This document shows positions 54,604 to 58,110 of a stretch of 58,110 nucleotides of DNA, piece by piece. Below the pieces are notes generated by a model. The model was not told where the DNA came from. It worked only from the letters and a program-made list of their open reading frames with translations, and ran no database searches. Both the position numbers and the translations under genes were made by a program. This DNA is from Conidiobolus incongruus B7586 (Eukaryota). Every line of letters starts with the position of its first letter. Position 1 is the first letter of the stretch. The stretch is from NCBI GenBank assembly GCA_000697335.1, contig JNEM01010327.1:1-58110 (forward strand). The letters run 5' to 3'.

Positions 54604-56112
54604 ATGTCTGACATTAAAAAAGCCAATCCAGATGGCTCACATCCATCTAGCTCTGGCAAGAATTCACTTGATATGACCATCAATTTCAACACATTATTTG
54701 GTGTCTTGGTTACATGTCTAGGTGCTTTCTTATCTGGTTATTCCACCGGTGTTATCAATATTCCTGAACCTGCTATTAAGGCTTGTTACATCAATGGAAT
54801 CCCTAAGCCTGTCAGCTACTGGGGTCCTTTCCCTAGCTGTTTGGATGCTCAGCCATTGGAATGGGGTTTGATGGTCGGTATTATGGCTTTAGGAGGTGGT
54901 TTTGGTGCTTTAGCAGCTTCTCCTCTTTGTGATCGCTTCGGAAGACGTAATGCCAACTTATTTAACTGCTTTTTCTACCTTGCTGGTTATGTGTTGCTCG
55001 CTACTACCACTACTAAGGCCCAATTTGGTGTTGCTCGCTTCTTTATTGGTGTTGGATGTGGTATTGCTTCATCAGCTGTATCTAATTATATTGGTGAAAC
55101 TGCCCCAGTTAAAACTAGAGGTGCTTTTGGAACAATGCTTCAATTAACCCTTGTTATTGGTATCTTATTCTCGCAAGCCATTTCTTTAGCTTTCCAGTTC
55201 CTTCAAGGATGGAGAATTTTATTTGCTTTACCTGCTATCCCCATTGTTGCTCAAATCTTCTTATTACCAGCCTGTGTTGAAACTCCTCCTTATTTGGTTT
55301 CCAAGAACCGTATTGAAGAAGCCAGAAAGAGCTTGGCTCACTTGAGAAGAGGTTATGATATTGAAGAAGAATTCGAGCGTATTTTGATCTCTCAAAACAA
55401 GTTGGAGCACTCTAACTCTGCTTCTGGTTCTACTACTCCCTTAGAATCATCTAAGCAAATCGAAGGGCCCAAGAATAATAATGAAGAAAGACCATTCAAG
55501 ACCTTGACCCAATCACCTCATCTCAAGCACTTCATTTACTGTCTTTTGATCCATGCTATCCAGCAGTTTTCGGGTATTAACGGAGTTATTTTCTATTCAA
55601 CTTCCTTATTTGAAAAAACCTTTGGTGCAGATAATGCACCCTATATCACCATTGGTGTTGCATGTCTCAATTTGGTTGTAACCCTTATTTCCGTAGTGTT
55701 GGTTGACCGATGTGGTAGAAGATTCTTATTGCTCACATCCTGTGGTGGTATGGCATTGATGAGTGTGCTCATTGTCATTGGATCCGTATACACTATTAAC
55801 TTGTTAGTGGTCATCTGTACATTATTATTTGTTGCATTTTTCGCTGTTGGCTTAGGTCCTGTGCCTTGGATGTTAATGTCTGAAATTTTCCCTACGTCCG
55901 TTTTAGCCATTGCTTCAGCTGCCTCTATTACCGTCAATTTTGCCTGTAACTTTGTGATTGGTTTAGTGTTCCCCCAGATGTTAGTCAGTTTAAATAACTA
56001 TACATTCGTATTCTTTGCATGCGTTACTGCTGTTTCAGTTGTCTTCATCTTCATCTGCTTACCTGAAACCAAGGGTAAGACCTTAGCTGAAGTTTTGCAA
56101 GAAGCTAAATAA
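54604..56112 (+). CDS. MFS sugar porter (GLUT-like), intronless paralogue of the 33818 gene
   Basis: DRFGRR, ARFFIGVG, YIGETAP..TRG, GWR, VETP, QQFSGIN, DRCGRR, GPVPWMLMSEIFP, PETKGKT. Confidence 0.95.
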   Translation: MSDIKKANPDGSHPSSSGKNSLDMTINFNTLFGVLVTCLGAFLSGYSTGVINIPEPAIKACYINGIPKPVSYWGPFPSCLDAQPLEWGLMVGIMALGGGFGALAASPLCDRFGRRNANLFNCFFYLAGYVLLATTTTKAQFGVARFFIGVGCGIASSAVSNYIGETAPVKTRGAFGTMLQLTLVIGILFSQAISLAFQFLQGWRILFALPAIPIVAQIFLLPACVETPPYLVSKNRIEEARKSLAHLRRGYDIEEEFERILISQNKLEHSNSASGSTTPLESSKQIEGPKNNNEERPFKTLTQSPHLKHFIYCLLIHAIQQFSGINGVIFYSTSLFEKTFGADNAPYITIGVACLNLVVTLISVVLVDRCGRRFLLLTSCGGMALMSVLIVIGSVYTINLLVVICTLLFVAFFAVGLGPVPWMLMSEIFPTSVLAIASAASITVNFACNFVIGLVFPQMLVSLNNYTFVFFACVTAVSVVFIFICLPETKGKTLAEVLQEAK

Positions 56113-56229
56113 TTTCAATTTACTATATATTAGAGGTTATTTATTTTAACAATAATTATTATTTGTAATTTATAAAAAATATATTTTAATATTTACTAAT
56201 AAAATTGATTAATTAAGTGATTATTATCT

Positions 56230-56830
56230 TCGTAATCTAATATTTTTTTGTATTGTACTACGTCGCTCAGAATGCAAAGATTTGACAAAATTTAACACAA
56301 ATTCACTATTCCGATTCATTTACCAATATAATTGTCCAATTCTCATTTCAACAAGTCAAATTTGGTAATATTTGATTCGATTTGGTAAAATTTCAAATTA
56401 CAATTTCGGTCAATATCTTCTATTTTTCAAGTAAAATTCTTCTTTTCAAAGTAGAAATATGTGGGGCTATTATCTGAAAAGTTTGTAGTTGATACTTCGA
56501 CTTCGATGACTTTGAAATATATAGGCTTAGCCACATATCAAATAATTAATTTTCCATAATTAAAAGCCTCTCGACACGTCACTTATCATCAGCAATCGAT
56601 AGTGAGTTGGAAAGAAGTTGAAACGGTCACGTGATCAAGGACTCAACATGAAATTCAAATTCTCTTATTTAGTACAAATCGACAATATTCTAGATCCATT
56701 GAAAAATAGATCGAAGCAGCTCATTTATCCTACTAATAATCGTATTCAACCGATATCAATAAAGATTCCTTTAAGCTATCTTTGATATCAACAACTGAAT
56801 CCATCTGTACAATGTTCTTATTATACGAAT
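56230..56830 (-). pseudogene. Possible decayed coding or transposon fragment
   Basis: GC/CpG-elevated island. One minus frame reads protein-like (MDSVVDIKDSLKESLL...YVAKPIYFKVIEVEVSTTNFSDNSPTYFYFEKKNF) but has many stops. No family recognised. Confidence 0.25.
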
Positions 56831-58110
56831 TAATTAGAATGCATTGTATTTAATGCCACCATTTTATCAATCATGCAATATGAAGAATAAAAAATATATC
56901 AATATTAAATCTTTTCAAAGATTAAATAAACAAAGAAGATTGGATAAAAAATAAATTCTCAAAGAAATATTAGGTAATAATCATAAAATGTTTTTGTATT
57001 AAATATGATCAACTAAATTAATTAATTCAACCATTCCTAACCAAATAATGAAATTTATTAATATGCTAAATATATTGCGATATAGTTTTCATTATGAAAT
57101 ACTATTAATACTGTAAAATAAGTTTATATTTCACTATTATCAGATACTATTTTAGATAATGTAGAGAAATCATTAAAAATAAGGTATTTGATATTATCAA
57201 CATTAAAGATTTTTAAATATTTGAAAAAAATAATAATAAATTGATTATTAATTAGGTTATATGCAAAAAATTGCCAAAATTTTGAACTGTATTCAGTGTG
57301 ATATTTTAAAGTTTTTATAAGGTATTGATTTTAATGAAAGTTGTTATGTAGTAGATATATTGAGTATTGTAATAGTTTGTAGGTATATAGTATACTTGGT
57401 TATTATATATGATTAAAAAATATAAACTGATAATAAATGATTTATTTATATATTGAATATATCAACTGAAAATAAATCTAATTTTAAAAAATATTACATT
57501 TCAAAAGTTTAAAATATTATTAATAATATTATATAAGATTCTTCATTAATAAACCTCACCTATATACATATCAATTCCTCTAAGATTTAATATACTGAAA
57601 ATAATGGTGAATATTTACTTTAAATTAATATTATTTTTATAACTATAAAATTAGAAAATAATAAATTTTTGAAATTTTAATATTCAAAAGTATAATTATT
57701 TAATGGATTCAAAATTTTAATTAAAATTTAATTATATAATAAAAAAAATAAATCTATTAATTTCAGGTTTTTTAAATATATTATTAATTTTAGAAAAATT
57801 ATATATAAAATATTATAAATTCTTTTTTATATTTAGCCTTAAATTAGCCTTATTGAAATTTTATTATATAATTTAATTATGTTTAAATATATAATAATCA
57901 ATAAAAACCTTTTATTTGATATCCATTAAAACTTAATCATATATCATTTATAATTTATTAAATTTTTGATTAATTTAAAAAATAATATTTTATCTAAATA
58001 TATCATTTATCATTATATTTATTATTTTAAAGCTATAAAGAATATTATATAAAATTAATTAAAATCTATGAAATTAATATTTTAGGTTATTTATTTTATA
58101 ATTATAATAT

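Noticed and set aside
813..56112. The window as a functional gene cluster (proteostasis: metacaspases, Blm10, Erj5, USP-like fragments)
   Set aside because: The genes are unrelated housekeeping loci with long spacers and no shared regulatory signature beyond generic CCAAT boxes. There is no evidence for clustering without synteny data.

Overview
Very AT-rich eukaryotic nuclear DNA with short (~45-95 nt) GT-AG introns. Gene content and style point to an early-diverging fungus, plausibly Conidiobolus-like (inference). No prokaryotic features, CRISPR arrays or rRNA are seen. Recognisable genes in order: TOM40, SET2, a dymeclin homologue, a small zinc-finger/acidic protein, PRP40, ERJ5-like DnaJ (minus), TRM1, a sugar porter, two tandem intronless type I metacaspases, a small basic protein ending in a USP36-type motif (minus), BLM10/PA200 and a second sugar porter. 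There are also two pseudogenes: a ~2.5 kb decayed intronless ORF of unknown origin and a kynurenine-formamidase-like alpha/beta hydrolase. The most interesting observations are: (1) two stand-alone proteins carrying only the non-catalytic accessory motifs of animal USPL1 and USP36; (2) a stop-free, AUG-less, presequence-like extension upstream of TRM1; (3) patchwork gene conversion between the metacaspases; (4) G:C-to-A:T decay of the hydrolase pseudogene; (5) a ~31-33 bp phased CCAAT array; (6) 7-nt and 8-nt microexons required for frame. All family assignments come from recalled motifs, not database searches.
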